A DNA stretch of 64,000 nt from Syntrophales bacterium (lineage in GTDB: Bacteria > Desulfobacterota > Syntrophia > Syntrophales > UBA4778), in the NCBI GenBank assembly GCA_963665615.2, contig CAXXQE010000008.1, positions 1 through 64,000 of the forward strand, in the 5' to 3' direction. The position numbers and the translations under genes were made by a program. How positions within the stretch are numbered: position 1 is the stretch's first letter; each line of letters opens with the position of its first letter. Shown here in pieces: positions 32,097 to 42,722 of the stretch. The notes under the pieces were generated by a model. That model saw only the letters and a program-made list of their open reading frames with translations. It did not search any database and was not told the origin of the DNA.

Positions 32097-32293
32097 GCCA
32101 TGATCCACAGCATCAGTTATCAGAAAGTCGTCAAAAGGGACCCGGCTTCGGAAACACGCGCCAGTCTTGAAGCATCTTCACTTGTTTTATAAATCAGGCC
32201 ATAATAATGAATACACGAATAATCCGGACATCAGCCCGCTCTGTCTATTGTGGACTGCTTAATAACTCAGAACGCTGAACTCCGAACGCATCT

Positions 32294-33739
32294 TTATTGC
32301 TCTCGATCCGCAGCAACAACGACACAATACTCCCCCGTTTTAACCGCATACGCCGTCTTTTTCTCGGTCCCACCCGTGACCGGATTGATAAATTCATGGT
32401 CGTACCAACCATCCTTCCGGCCCTTCATATAATCCAACATCCCGAGCACAAGACTCTTCCCCCGAGCATCCTTAAGATCCCATACCTTGCCGACAATGGA
32501 CAGGTCGCGGTTAAGACCGTGTGCCAGCGTCGTTCCCCTGTGGTCATAAACCGCGACAAAGAGATCCCGGTCGATAAACCGCCCCTCGGCATCGCTGATT
32601 TCGGCAAAAGCCGCCCGGCCTTTGGCCTTGATGCAGGCGACCGCATTTTTCGCCATCTTCTTCGCCTCTTTGGGCGTTGCGCGATGGCGAATCCCGAACA
32701 GTTTAATCAGGTCGCCTACAAAATCCTTCATCTGAATCGTATGACCGTGCATCTCCCGCGCCGAGGAGGCCAGCGCATCCGCTTCCGCGCTGTTCCGCTC
32801 GGTAACCACATCAATCTCACCGATAGCGCTGCTGATCTGCCCGATCCCCTCCGCCTGCTCCTGACTGGCGTTCGCCACTTCATCTATCAGGGTTTCAACC
32901 TTCCGCGTCATTTCGAAATTGTCTTTAAAGGCGATCTGGGCGGCCGCATTCAGGTCGCTGCCCGCCCTCACCGACCGCACGGTATTTTCAAGCATCGCGC
33001 CCGATTCGCGCGCCGCCTCGGAAGCCCGCAATGCCAGACTTCTGACTTCGTCGGCAACGACTGCGAAACCTGCACCAATTTCTCCGGCGCGCGCCGCCTC
33101 CACTGCCGCATTGAGCGCCAGAAGGTTTGTCTGAAAGGCGATCCCGTCAATGGTCTTGATGATCTTGTCGGTCTCCGAACTGGAATTCGTAATGTCCTTG
33201 ATCGATTGATCCATGCCCACCATCTGATCGCGCACGTTGTTGAGAATCGTGCCGACCTGCGTCATAATCTCGCGAACGTGGCCGGCGCTTTCGGCATTGT
33301 GCTTCGTCGTCGCGGTCATCTGCGCAATAAAGGACGTGGTTTCCTCAACGCCGGCTGCCTGCCGCGAGGCGCCATCCGCAAGGATCTTGCTGACTGAAGC
33401 GATTTTATTGGCCACCGATGCCACGCGGTTGCTTTCCTTGCGAATGCGATTCATGAAATCATTCAAGGGACGCGTCACCCGGAAGGCAACCCAGATAAAG
33501 TTGGCCACGACGATGGACAGGATCAGACCAAAGACAGAAAGGGTGGCCCAAAAGTTGGTCGCACCGTATTTGCCGAGAATGTAAAAGGCAATGGCAATAG
33601 CGAAGAAGCAGGGCGTGATCCGCCCGAAAATCCGCGTCGGCCGAAAAGCCCCGTAGAGCAGAATGAGGCTTCCCTCCACCATAAATGCCAAAACGACTAA
33701 AAGCACCAGTAGAATAACAGCTTCAAGAATCATTGCCAC
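32294..33739 (-). CDS. Methyl-accepting chemotaxis protein with C-terminal single Cache domain
   Basis: Three N-terminal hydrophobic segments; IAFQTNLLALNAAVEAARAGE.GAGFAVVADEVR; C-terminal EAK.M..NAV...F.DRDLFV..YD..G..LAH...KDARGK...W..H...NP. Confidence 0.88.
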   Translation of the reverse strand: MAMILEAVILLVLLVVLAFMVEGSLILLYGAFRPTRIFGRITPCFFAIAIAFYILGKYGATNFWATLSVFGLILSIVVANFIWVAFRVTRPLNDFMNRIRKESNRVASVANKIASVSKILADGASRQAAGVEETTSFIAQMTATTKHNAESAGHVREIMTQVGTILNNVRDQMVGMDQSIKDITNSSSETDKIIKTIDGIAFQTNLLALNAAVEAARAGEIGAGFAVVADEVRSLALRASEAARESGAMLENTVRSVRAGSDLNAAAQIAFKDNFEMTRKVETLIDEVANASQEQAEGIGQISSAIGEIDVVTERNSAEADALASSAREMHGHTIQMKDFVGDLIKLFGIRHRATPKEAKKMAKNAVACIKAKGRAAFAEISDAEGRFIDRDLFVAVYDHRGTTLAHGLNRDLSIVGKVWDLKDARGKSLVLGMLDYMKGRKDGWYDHEFINPVTGGTEKKTAYAVKTGEYCVVVAADREQ

Positions 33740-33753
33740 TCCCCCCGGTTATC

Positions 33754-33872
33754 ATTGGAGACTCACCGGAGCAAGCTCCGGCGAATCTCCGATTCCCAAT
33801 ATAGATGATTTGTCCTTATGCGCTCGCTTACCCCCGCCGCACGCAGCGGGCAATACGCTCGCTAAAGAATTC
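33754..33872 (-). repeat. Family B palindromic repeat
   Basis: ATTGGAGACTCACCGGAGCAAGCTCCGGCGAATCTCCG...CGCTCGCT match. Confidence 0.88.
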
Positions 33873-34221
33873 AAAAGTTAAAATTTTCTGTCTCCTTAAA
33901 TCTGATAAGGCCTTATCGGATTTTTTGTCGAAAGAATTTAGTCGCCGTTTCTCTTTTGCTTCAAATTTTATGAACAATCTCCGGAAGATTCGTCCGGAAA
34001 GGCCGCTGCAACGGCGTTTGTTATCATTGGCTCTCTCCAATAATATTTTCTCTGCCGCTTTTTAAGCTGTTGAAAAAAGCGACAGAAAGCTTGAAATGGG
34101 TCTGGCAAATTGTATGAGAACCTGATATTATCCGCGAACTTCGAAACGGTTCACGAATAGACAGCCGAGATGGTGAAAGCGGTATAGCGCGTTAAAACCG
34201 ACAGAACATAAAGATTGCGAA

Positions 34222-34298
34222 GCGCCCATAGCTCAGCTGGATAGAGCGACGGACTACGAATCCGTAGGTCCAAGGTTCGAATCCTTGTGGGCGCGCCA
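34222..34298 (+). tRNA. tRNA-Arg (anticodon ACG)
   Basis: Full cloverleaf: GCGCCCA/TGGGCGC acceptor, ACGGA-CTACGAA-TCCGT anticodon arm, TTCGAAT T-loop, CCA end. Confidence 0.98.
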
Positions 34299-34305
34299 AT
34301 TCATC

Positions 34306-34338
34306 AATGGCTTAGGACATCATTCCTAAGCCATTTTT
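34306..34338 (+). terminator. Intrinsic terminator after tRNA
   Basis: AATGGCTTAGGA / TCCTAAGCCATT stem plus T tract. Confidence 0.85.
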
Positions 34339-34546
34339 CCTTCAATTCTGCATAAATATGCTGCTAAATCTCTTTGACAAGGACGCTGCTTATCGTTATC
34401 AAGGCTCGCTTGCTGCTCCAAAGCATCTACTGACTGGTTGTAAAAACCTGTTTAATTTATTGGACGGATGTGATCCTCTCACGCTTAAACGCGCTCACTT
34501 TTCCAATCCTTTCACTGACGTTCAAAGATAAGACGCCGGTAACACC

Positions 34547-36250
34547 ATGAACCAGCAGGACAGGACAAAAAAACAGTTATTTGAAGAAATAGCCGCCCTG
34601 GAAATGCGCGTCCGGGAACTGGAAAATGCGGATACGGTCAGACGTCAGCAAGTTGAAGAGACCCTAACAAAAAGTCAGTCCCTGATTCAGGCCATCACCG
34701 ATTCGGCGCAGGACGCGATCCTGATGATGGATCCTGAAGGTTGCATATCCTTCTGGAACCCGGCAGCGGAGCATATTTTCGGCTATACGGTCCCGGAAGC
34801 AATGGGCCGCAATCTTCACCAGTTTCTCGCCCCTAGCCGCTTTCTCGAAGCCTATCTGATGGGCGTGGCCAGATTCAAGTATACAGGCCAGGGAGATGCC
34901 CTGGACAAGACGCTTGAACTTCAGGCCTGCCGGAAAAACGGGGAGGAGTTCCCGATTGAGTTGTCTCTTTCCGCGATCCGCCTTCAGGACGGATGGCATG
35001 CTGTCGGTATTATCCGCGATATCGCCGAACGCAAGCAGGCTGAAGCAGAAAGACGGACGCTGGAAGAACGTCTTCATCGATCGGAAAAAATGGAGGCCCT
35101 CGGTACGATGGCCGGGGGCGTCGCCCACGATCTCAACAATGTTCTCGGCATTGTCGTGGGCTATGCCCAGATGCTGCTGCTTGGTCATGGAAAGAACAGC
35201 GACATCGCACCCTTAATTAACAACATCATGCACGGCGGACAGCGCGCGGCGGCTATCGTAGACGATCTGCTAACCCTGGCACGCCGCGGTGTCCAGATGA
35301 GACAGGTTCTCAGCCTGAACAAGATCATCGGCGAAACGCAACAATCACCGCAACTTGGCAAGCTCCATACTGCACACCCGGACATTAAGATTTCCCTCAA
35401 CTTGGAGCCCAATCTGCTTAATATCGCCGGCTCCGCTATCCATTTGAGCAAAGCCCTTTTCAATCTCGTGTCTAACGCAATCGAGGCCATGGCGGAGGGG
35501 GGATCCCTGACGATCCGAACAGCAAATATCTATCTCGATAAACCAGTCGGGGGGTACGACGAGGTACGCTCGGGCGACTACGTTGTCCTCTCTGTTTCAG
35601 ATACAGGAGAAGGCATACCCGAGAAGGATCAGAAACACATCTTCGAACCCTTTTACACCAAGAAGATCATGGGGAGAAAAAGCGGCACGGGGCTTGGACT
35701 GGCCGTCGTCTGGGGAACCGTAAAAGATCATAACGGCTATATCGACGTCCAGAGTAAACCGGGTATCGGCAGCACATTCACCCTCTATTTCCCCATTACA
35801 CGAGAAGAAATCGCTCCGGAGGATGCAACCGTCGAAATGGAAGCCTATATGGGCAACGGCAAATCTATTCTGGTTGTCGATGACGTCAAGGAACAACGTG
35901 AGCTAGCTGCCGGCATGCTCGAAACACTTAACTATAATGTTTTCAGCGTAGCCAGCGGCGAAGAGGCCGTCGTCTGGATAAAAGATCATCATGTCGATCT
36001 GGTGGTTCTGGACATGATCATGGACCCCGGCATCGACGGTCTCGATACCTATCGGGAGATTCTGACCGTCAAACCTGATCAGCGTGCTGTCATTGTCAGC
36101 GGGTTTTCGGAATCTGATCGAGTTCGTAACGCCCAGTCCCTTGGCGCCGGACCTTATGTAAAAAAGCCCTATGTCATTGAAAAGCTTGGAGGGGCGGTTA
36201 AAGAGGCCCTGAGCCAACAGACATCGTACCTGCCTGATAGACCATACTAG
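34547..36250 (+). CDS. PAS-domain hybrid histidine kinase
   Basis: WNPAAEHIFGY PAS, AHDLNN, GTGLGL, receiver VVDD/DMIM. Confidence 0.93.
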   Translation: MNQQDRTKKQLFEEIAALEMRVRELENADTVRRQQVEETLTKSQSLIQAITDSAQDAILMMDPEGCISFWNPAAEHIFGYTVPEAMGRNLHQFLAPSRFLEAYLMGVARFKYTGQGDALDKTLELQACRKNGEEFPIELSLSAIRLQDGWHAVGIIRDIAERKQAEAERRTLEERLHRSEKMEALGTMAGGVAHDLNNVLGIVVGYAQMLLLGHGKNSDIAPLINNIMHGGQRAAAIVDDLLTLARRGVQMRQVLSLNKIIGETQQSPQLGKLHTAHPDIKISLNLEPNLLNIAGSAIHLSKALFNLVSNAIEAMAEGGSLTIRTANIYLDKPVGGYDEVRSGDYVVLSVSDTGEGIPEKDQKHIFEPFYTKKIMGRKSGTGLGLAVVWGTVKDHNGYIDVQSKPGIGSTFTLYFPITREEIAPEDATVEMEAYMGNGKSILVVDDVKEQRELAAGMLETLNYNVFSVASGEEAVVWIKDHHVDLVVLDMIMDPGIDGLDTYREILTVKPDQRAVIVSGFSESDRVRNAQSLGAGPYVKKPYVIEKLGGAVKEALSQQTSYLPDRPY

Positions 36251-36264
36251 GAGTAAACCGTTTT

Positions 36265-38394
36265 ATGCTCGAATCCGGCGCTATCTCTGAAATCGCACTC
36301 ATCTTCGTCACAAATGACGATTTCGATGTACAACTCAAGAAGGCCCTGGCGATCGTGGGCGAAAAGCTCGGGGTTTCTTATTGTCATCTCTTTCTCGACT
36401 CACCAGATGGCGCAACAACGAGCAACACCCACGAATGGTGCGCGCAAGGCATGGACCCATTGAGTGCCTTTCTGCAGAACGTCCCTTACAGCAAAATCCC
36501 CTCCTGGAGCAAAGTCCTGCAGAGTGCCACGGTGTCCGCTGTCGAGAATGTCGATGGGTTGCCGGACGACCTGCGGCACAGGCTGGAACTGCTTGGGGTC
36601 CGTGCCTTCATTGTTGCCCCCTTCTATGTTGGAGGCAGGATCAGAGGCTTTTTGAGTTTCGATGAGTGCACAAAGGTACGGGCATGGAGCAAACTCGAAA
36701 TCGAGACCCTGAAGACGATCACAGGCATTGTCACAACGGCCTATTCAAAGAAGCTGCTCACCGATCAGCTTTCGATTTCGGGAAAAAACTTTCGGGGGTT
36801 CTTCAATACCGTTGACGATATCATCGTTATCGTTGACCTTGAGGGGATGATCCTGTTTGCCAACGAAGGAACAACGCGAAAGCTGGGATACGCCCTTGAA
36901 GAACTTCGAGGACAATCCGTTTTTATGCTCCACCCAGCCGATAGACACGACGCGGTCCGAAAGATCCTGGAAGGTATGAGGCAACGCGAGATCAGCAATC
37001 ATCCCTTCGAACTGGTGGCGCAAAACGGCATGCGCATCCCGGTGGAGACACGCGTCTGGTTCGGTCAGTGGGACGGACAGGATTGCATCTTTGGCCTGTC
37101 GAGGGATCTTTCGGCAGAACAGGCCGCCCTTCAGAAATTTGAAATGCTCTTCAGAAACAACCCGGCCACTATGGCCATCAGTACGGAGTCAGAGCGGCGC
37201 TTAATGGATGTCAACAACGCCTTCCTCGACAAATTTGGTTATTCCCTCGAGGAAGTGATTGGGAAAACAAGCGACGATCTTGTTCTGGTTATCGACGACG
37301 AGGATTGGCGGAAAGCCAGGGAAGACATCAAACAATACGGTTCCGTCCGAAACCGCAAGCTGCTGTTTCGACGCAAGGACGGTGAATTGATCCACGGGCT
37401 GTTGTCAGGTGATTCGTTCGACATTCTGGGACAGCGTTGCCTTCTCAGCGTCATGATCGACCTCACGTCACAGGTATCTCTCCAGGAAAAACTGGCGACG
37501 GAACACAGCCGTCTCACGAATATTATCGAGGGTACGAGGCTCGGGACCTGGGAGTGGAACATTCAGACCGGAGAAACGAAATTCAATGAACGCTGGGCGG
37601 AAATGCTCGGCCATACGCTCTCCGAACTCTCGCCGGTCAGCATCAAAACCTGGCAAAATCTGGCACATCCTGACGACCTCAAGGAATCCGACCGTTTATT
37701 GCAACGCCACTTTGAAGGGATTACAGACTTCTACGAATGCGAGGTCCGGATGCGCCACAGAAACGGCTCCTGGGTATGGGTGTTTGACCGCGGCAAGCTC
37801 GTCGAACGCGACGATGCAGGTCGGCCGCTGATGATGTACGGCACACATACCGATATCACCGAGCAGAAGACCTTGGAGCAGCGGATTCACGAGCTGGCAA
37901 TCCGGGACCCCCTGACAGAAATATACAACAGACGGTATATCTTTGAACGCCTTGACGAAATCGTTGCCGAATACGAGCGCGTCGGCCGTAACTTCTGCAT
38001 ATCGATCCTCGACATAGACCACTTCAAGGCGGTCAACGACACCTATGGACACCAGGCCGGAGATTTCGTGCTCAGAGAGTTTGCGCTGACGATCGGCAAC
38101 TCCATCAGGCAGTATGATCTCCTCGGCCGATACGGCGGAGAAGAATTCATCATTGTCTCTCCAAACGTCGGCAGCCGGGAAACCGTTAAACTGATCGAGC
38201 GCATCATGGTGCTGGTACGCCAAAGAGCGCTGACGTTCAAGGGAAAAGAGATCCGATTCACCTTCAGTTGCGGCGTGGCCGACAGCTCCGAATTGCCGCG
38301 CCAGTCGTTCTCTATCGAAGCCCTGGTTTCACTTGCCGATGACAGATTGTATGCTGCAAAAGAAGGCGGCCGGGACTGCTGCGTCGGCCCCTGA
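36265..38394 (+). CDS. Diguanylate cyclase (GAF-PAS-PAS-PAS-GGDEF)
   Basis: DPLT, DIDHFKAVNDTYGHQAGD, RQYD I-site, RYGGEEF. Confidence 0.93.
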   Translation: MLESGAISEIALIFVTNDDFDVQLKKALAIVGEKLGVSYCHLFLDSPDGATTSNTHEWCAQGMDPLSAFLQNVPYSKIPSWSKVLQSATVSAVENVDGLPDDLRHRLELLGVRAFIVAPFYVGGRIRGFLSFDECTKVRAWSKLEIETLKTITGIVTTAYSKKLLTDQLSISGKNFRGFFNTVDDIIVIVDLEGMILFANEGTTRKLGYALEELRGQSVFMLHPADRHDAVRKILEGMRQREISNHPFELVAQNGMRIPVETRVWFGQWDGQDCIFGLSRDLSAEQAALQKFEMLFRNNPATMAISTESERRLMDVNNAFLDKFGYSLEEVIGKTSDDLVLVIDDEDWRKAREDIKQYGSVRNRKLLFRRKDGELIHGLLSGDSFDILGQRCLLSVMIDLTSQVSLQEKLATEHSRLTNIIEGTRLGTWEWNIQTGETKFNERWAEMLGHTLSELSPVSIKTWQNLAHPDDLKESDRLLQRHFEGITDFYECEVRMRHRNGSWVWVFDRGKLVERDDAGRPLMMYGTHTDITEQKTLEQRIHELAIRDPLTEIYNRRYIFERLDEIVAEYERVGRNFCISILDIDHFKAVNDTYGHQAGDFVLREFALTIGNSIRQYDLLGRYGGEEFIIVSPNVGSRETVKLIERIMVLVRQRALTFKGKEIRFTFSCGVADSSELPRQSFSIEALVSLADDRLYAAKEGGRDCCVGP

Positions 38395-38415
38395 CCGGCG
38401 CGTTGCAGCAAAAAG

Positions 38416-40245
38416 TTACATCTCCAGGCGCGTCACGACACCCTGGAGTTTTCTTGCGGGAAGTTTATAGAACTGAACGAAGTTCGACGTATTCTTTTTC
38501 ATAAAGCTGAAGACATGCCACACGGGATTCCGGGTCACGATATCCTCGATACCATAGAAGATGACCTTTTCATGGATACCGCTCTCCTTCAGGATCTCCT
38601 CGATATCCAGTTTTTCCTTGAAACCCGCCAGCACCTCGAAGAGCTCCAGCCCCTCCGCGATCTTCTTTTCGCTGCGGACCTCCACGCCGAACGGTTCTTC
38701 CGTCCTCGTAATGGAAATGAAGATATTGGTCTGGTAGATGATATTCGCCCGAAGGATGCAGTGCACCACATAAGGCGGAACCACCTTCCAGTCTCGGGTA
38801 AAAAAGAGCGCTGTGCCGGGGATTAGATTTCCCGCCTCATAGATCTGGTCATAGGATATCTTAAAGATTTCGAATTCGAGCGGCCGGAGGGACTGATAGA
38901 GCAGCTTCTGACCGAACGTCCAGATCACCATGATGACCAGCGGAATGGCCGCGAGCACAAGCGACCAGTACGCACCATGTGGAATCTTGCTGAGGGTCGC
39001 AATGAGGTAGACAAAATCAATCCCACATATGGCAACGGCGACCGGAAGCATACGCTTGTTGGTGCCCGAGAAAATCAGAATCATCATCAGGCTGGTCGTC
39101 GTCATGGAGCCCATCACCGCCAGACCATAGGCCGCGGCCAAATTCGCCGATTCGCGGAAGATAAGTATGACAAAAATGACGGCAACCATCAGAAACCAGT
39201 TTACGCTACCGATGTAAATCTGCGATTGTAGCTCATTGGAAGTGTACTTCACATTGAAAAGAGGCATCAGCCTAGTGGTGATGCCTTGATACACAATCGA
39301 GAAAACCCCGCTGATCATGGCCTGAGAGGCGATAATCGTCGCCACAATCGTCAGTATCAGAAATGGGACATACAAAACGGGAAACTGCGATTGAAACATA
39401 CTGAAGAGAAAATTCTTCGTCTCCGGATGCTGGATCGCAAAAACGCCCTGTCCCATGTAGTTCAGAACGAGCGCGACAAACACGAAACACCAGGCACGGA
39501 TGATCGGCCAGCGGCCCAGGTGCCCCATGTCGGCAAAAAGCGCCTCGGAACCCGTTGCGCACAATAGAACCTCCGACAGCACAATGTACCCCGTCAGACC
39601 GTTGTGCTGAAAGAAATGCATCGCATAGCCCGGATTGACGGCCTTGAAGATATCCGGCATGGCGGAAACGGACAACAGCCCGGACAGGCTCAAGACCGCA
39701 AACCACACGGCCATGATCGGGCCGAAAATCCATGTGATCTTGTCGGTTCCCTTGAACTGAACGGCAAAGAGCCCGCAGGCGATCAGCGAGGCAATCGCGA
39801 TCATCGTGCCAGACCCCAGATGCTCGAAACCGGGGATGAGAAGCGTTCCTTCCACGGCGGAGAGGATACTGATAGCCGGTGTGATCACGCCATCCCCCAG
39901 TAAAAGGGAGACGCCAAGATACGTCAGAACAGCCGCAAAGGAGAGCTTGCGCCCGCCCTTGACCGCACGCAGCAGGGTTTCCCGCAGCATGATGCTGCCA
40001 CCCTGCCCCTTGTAACCCAGGCTCATCGCGAGCCAGGCATACTGCACCGTCACCAGAATGATCAGGGTCCAAAACACAAGGGAAACAATGCCCAAGACGT
40101 TGTCGACGGTCGGTTTTGTCAGGACAAAGACAGTGGCCAGCGTATAGATAGGGCTGGTTCCGATATCCCCAAAGACCAGCCCCATGGATTTGATTATCCC
40201 GCTCCAGTACGATTCTCCCGGCTGCGGTCTGAAGAGTGTTTTCAT
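38416..40245 (-). CDS. kup: KUP/HAK/KT potassium transporter
   Basis: VFGDIGTSPIY, GDGVITPAISILSAVEG, TGSEALFADMGH, IASQAMISG. Confidence 0.95.
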   Translation of the reverse strand: MKTLFRPQPGESYWSGIIKSMGLVFGDIGTSPIYTLATVFVLTKPTVDNVLGIVSLVFWTLIILVTVQYAWLAMSLGYKGQGGSIMLRETLLRAVKGGRKLSFAAVLTYLGVSLLLGDGVITPAISILSAVEGTLLIPGFEHLGSGTMIAIASLIACGLFAVQFKGTDKITWIFGPIMAVWFAVLSLSGLLSVSAMPDIFKAVNPGYAMHFFQHNGLTGYIVLSEVLLCATGSEALFADMGHLGRWPIIRAWCFVFVALVLNYMGQGVFAIQHPETKNFLFSMFQSQFPVLYVPFLILTIVATIIASQAMISGVFSIVYQGITTRLMPLFNVKYTSNELQSQIYIGSVNWFLMVAVIFVILIFRESANLAAAYGLAVMGSMTTTSLMMILIFSGTNKRMLPVAVAICGIDFVYLIATLSKIPHGAYWSLVLAAIPLVIMVIWTFGQKLLYQSLRPLEFEIFKISYDQIYEAGNLIPGTALFFTRDWKVVPPYVVHCILRANIIYQTNIFISITRTEEPFGVEVRSEKKIAEGLELFEVLAGFKEKLDIEEILKESGIHEKVIFYGIEDIVTRNPVWHVFSFMKKNTSNFVQFYKLPARKLQGVVTRLEM

Positions 40246-40466
40246 GCGTAGGCTTTATAGCACCGGCCCCATCTTCGTTCAACACATATTAACCGCAGGA
40301 ACAGCGCACATAATAAAACGTCCTATGGTGAAAAGAACACGCATTCAGTTAGATCCCCTTGTATTTTTAAGTTAAAAGGTCATTTCGGACGCCCATAAAA
40401 GCATAGAGGTAAGACAGGGCCTCTCGCAACCCTGCCTTTAAAAAAAAGAGATGGGACAAGAATAGA

Positions 40467-42722
40467 TCAACGGACTCCAACGACAAAAAACTTCGATACC
40501 TCGGCAATGCCACTCAGGCCAAGAATCGTCTGGGCCAGACGCTGTGCCGCCGCAGCGGAAAGCCCGGAAACGGTTTCCTGTACCTTGGGCAGATAACGCG
40601 CGTCCAGACTGAACTTGCGAATCCCCACCCCCACCAGGAACGGGATGTAGCGCGGATCGTGGGCCATGTCCCCGCAGACCGAGACATCACGACCGTGACG
40701 CAGAGCGGTCCGTGCGATTCGCGCCAGGGCCCGCAATACTGCCGGATGATGTGGCAGATAGAGATCGGCCACCTTTTCGTTCGTGCGGTCCACTGCCAGC
40801 ATGTACTGAACCAGGTCGTTGGTGCCTACGGAGAAAAAGGCCGCCTCGGCGGCCAGGTCGTCAAGGATTTCCAGGACGGAGGGCAGTTCGATCATGATAC
40901 CGATCGACGGCTGGGCCTGATGGGGCAAGCCCTCGGCCTTCAATTGCGCGATGCAATCCGCCACAACCCCCTTGGCCTGACGCAGTTCATCGACGGACGA
41001 AATCATCGGAAACATGATCCGGACCGGCGTATCGCAAGCGGCCCTGAGAATCGCGCGGATCTGCTGCTCGAAGATCTCGCGGTGACGCAGAGAAAACCGG
41101 ATGGAGCGCAGTCCCAGGAAGGGGTTCGCCTCCTTGCCGTAGTCGTAATAGGACAGCATCTTGTCCCCACCGATATCCAGCGTTCTGAAGGTAATCTCCC
41201 GACCGCGCATGCTCTCGACCAAGCGGCGGTAGATCAGATACTGTTCCTCTTCCGTGGGAAAATCGCTGCGGATGATGAAGGGAAACTCGGTCCGGTACAG
41301 TCCGACACCCTCGGCCAAATAATCCAGGGCGACAGACGCATCCCCCAGCAGATTGATATTAGCCAAGAGGTAGACGCGAACACCATCGCGCGTCACTGTT
41401 ACGGGTTTCAAGTTCGTCTGGATCGTCGCCGCTTCGGCCCGCAGCCGCTGATTCTCCTGGAAGGTTTCGATGACCTCCTCACCGGGATCGATGTATATAT
41501 TGCCCGTTGTCCCGTCGATCAGCAGTTTCGTCCCGACGGGCAGCATAAGCAGCCGGGGCTCGTCGGCAATTATCAAGGGAAGGTTCAGCGATCGCGACAG
41601 AACGGCCACATGCGAGGTGACTCCGCCGGAGAGAAGAACAATCCCGGCAACCTGACGAGAACTCATCTTGAGCGTATCGGACGGCAGCATCTCCTGGGCC
41701 ACGACGACCTTTCCAGCAAACTGGTTGCGGTCGTCGGCGCAACCAGTGAGTTTTTCAACCACCCGCCGCCCCACGTCCATCACATCGTATTTCTTCTCGC
41801 GGATATATTCGTTGGGCATCCCATCGAAGCGCTCGACGTAATATCGCACGATCCGACTCACGGCCTGCACCGGGTGGACATCCTCTTCAATCAGTTTTTC
41901 AATCCGGGACAGAAAACCCTGATCCTTGAGCATCAGAATCTGTGCCGAAAAGATGAGCGATGCCACATCGAAGAGGCGGTCCTCGATGTCCCGCTGCATG
42001 TCCTGGAGGTCGCGTTCGGTATCGGCCACCGCCCGACGAAAATCCGCCAAGGTCATGGGGGCCATAGCGTCCTCGCAGGGCACGTCTTCTAATGGATGGA
42101 GACCGACCACCGCCACCTCGCCAAAGGCAAACCCCTCGGAACCGATGCGGCCCTTGACGAGTTTGAGCCCGGTCGCCTCCGCCGCCGGTCCCGTGGCATG
42201 AATGCCGGCGCCGATCGACATCAGGAGCTTCGCCATCTCAATGGTATTGGCCACCTGCGAGCAGATTGCCTTGAAGACGTTGACGTCCTCCGGCGTAAAA
42301 TAGTCTGGCTGTGCGCTCTGGAGGGTCATGACGCCGATCCGGTTGTGACCGCGCAGGATGGGAACCGCCAGAAAGGCATGATATGGTTCCTCGCCGATAT
42401 CAGGGAAGTAGCGGTAACCCGGGTGATTGCGGGCCTCTCCTTCGCAAACCGGCTGCATATCCGCCAGGGCCTTTCCCGTTAGCCCCTCGCCGAGCTTGAG
42501 GCGCACCCGCCCAATTGACGCAGAACTCAACCCCTTGGTCGCCCGCAGCACCAGTTCCTGGGTATCGTCGTAATAGAGGTAGACAGAGCAGACATCCGCC
42601 GCCATGTGGGCAGCGGTCAACTCCGCGATCTTTTGCAGAAAGGCGTCCAGGTCGGCTGTATCGGAAAAAAGTCCTGTCAATTCGCCAACATCGCAGATCA
42701 ATTTGGTATGATCCCGATTCAC
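40467..42722 (-). CDS. ptsP: GAF-containing PTS enzyme I (EI-Ntr)
   Basis: N-terminal GAF, GGVTSH phospho-His, GVGLYRTEF, RTLDIGGDK, SVGTNDL. Confidence 0.93.
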   Translation of the reverse strand: MNRDHTKLICDVGELTGLFSDTADLDAFLQKIAELTAAHMAADVCSVYLYYDDTQELVLRATKGLSSASIGRVRLKLGEGLTGKALADMQPVCEGEARNHPGYRYFPDIGEEPYHAFLAVPILRGHNRIGVMTLQSAQPDYFTPEDVNVFKAICSQVANTIEMAKLLMSIGAGIHATGPAAEATGLKLVKGRIGSEGFAFGEVAVVGLHPLEDVPCEDAMAPMTLADFRRAVADTERDLQDMQRDIEDRLFDVASLIFSAQILMLKDQGFLSRIEKLIEEDVHPVQAVSRIVRYYVERFDGMPNEYIREKKYDVMDVGRRVVEKLTGCADDRNQFAGKVVVAQEMLPSDTLKMSSRQVAGIVLLSGGVTSHVAVLSRSLNLPLIIADEPRLLMLPVGTKLLIDGTTGNIYIDPGEEVIETFQENQRLRAEAATIQTNLKPVTVTRDGVRVYLLANINLLGDASVALDYLAEGVGLYRTEFPFIIRSDFPTEEEQYLIYRRLVESMRGREITFRTLDIGGDKMLSYYDYGKEANPFLGLRSIRFSLRHREIFEQQIRAILRAACDTPVRIMFPMISSVDELRQAKGVVADCIAQLKAEGLPHQAQPSIGIMIELPSVLEILDDLAAEAAFFSVGTNDLVQYMLAVDRTNEKVADLYLPHHPAVLRALARIARTALRHGRDVSVCGDMAHDPRYIPFLVGVGIRKFSLDARYLPKVQETVSGLSAAAAQRLAQTILGLSGIAEVSKFFVVGVR

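Noticed and set aside
33895..33922. Palindrome AATCTGATAAGG/CCTTATCGGATT upstream of the MCP
   Set aside because: Single occurrence; could be an operator but cannot be assigned from sequence.
34298..40460. Island integrated at tRNA-Arg
   Set aside because: No integrase and no duplicated tRNA 3' end found; the terminator follows the tRNA directly.
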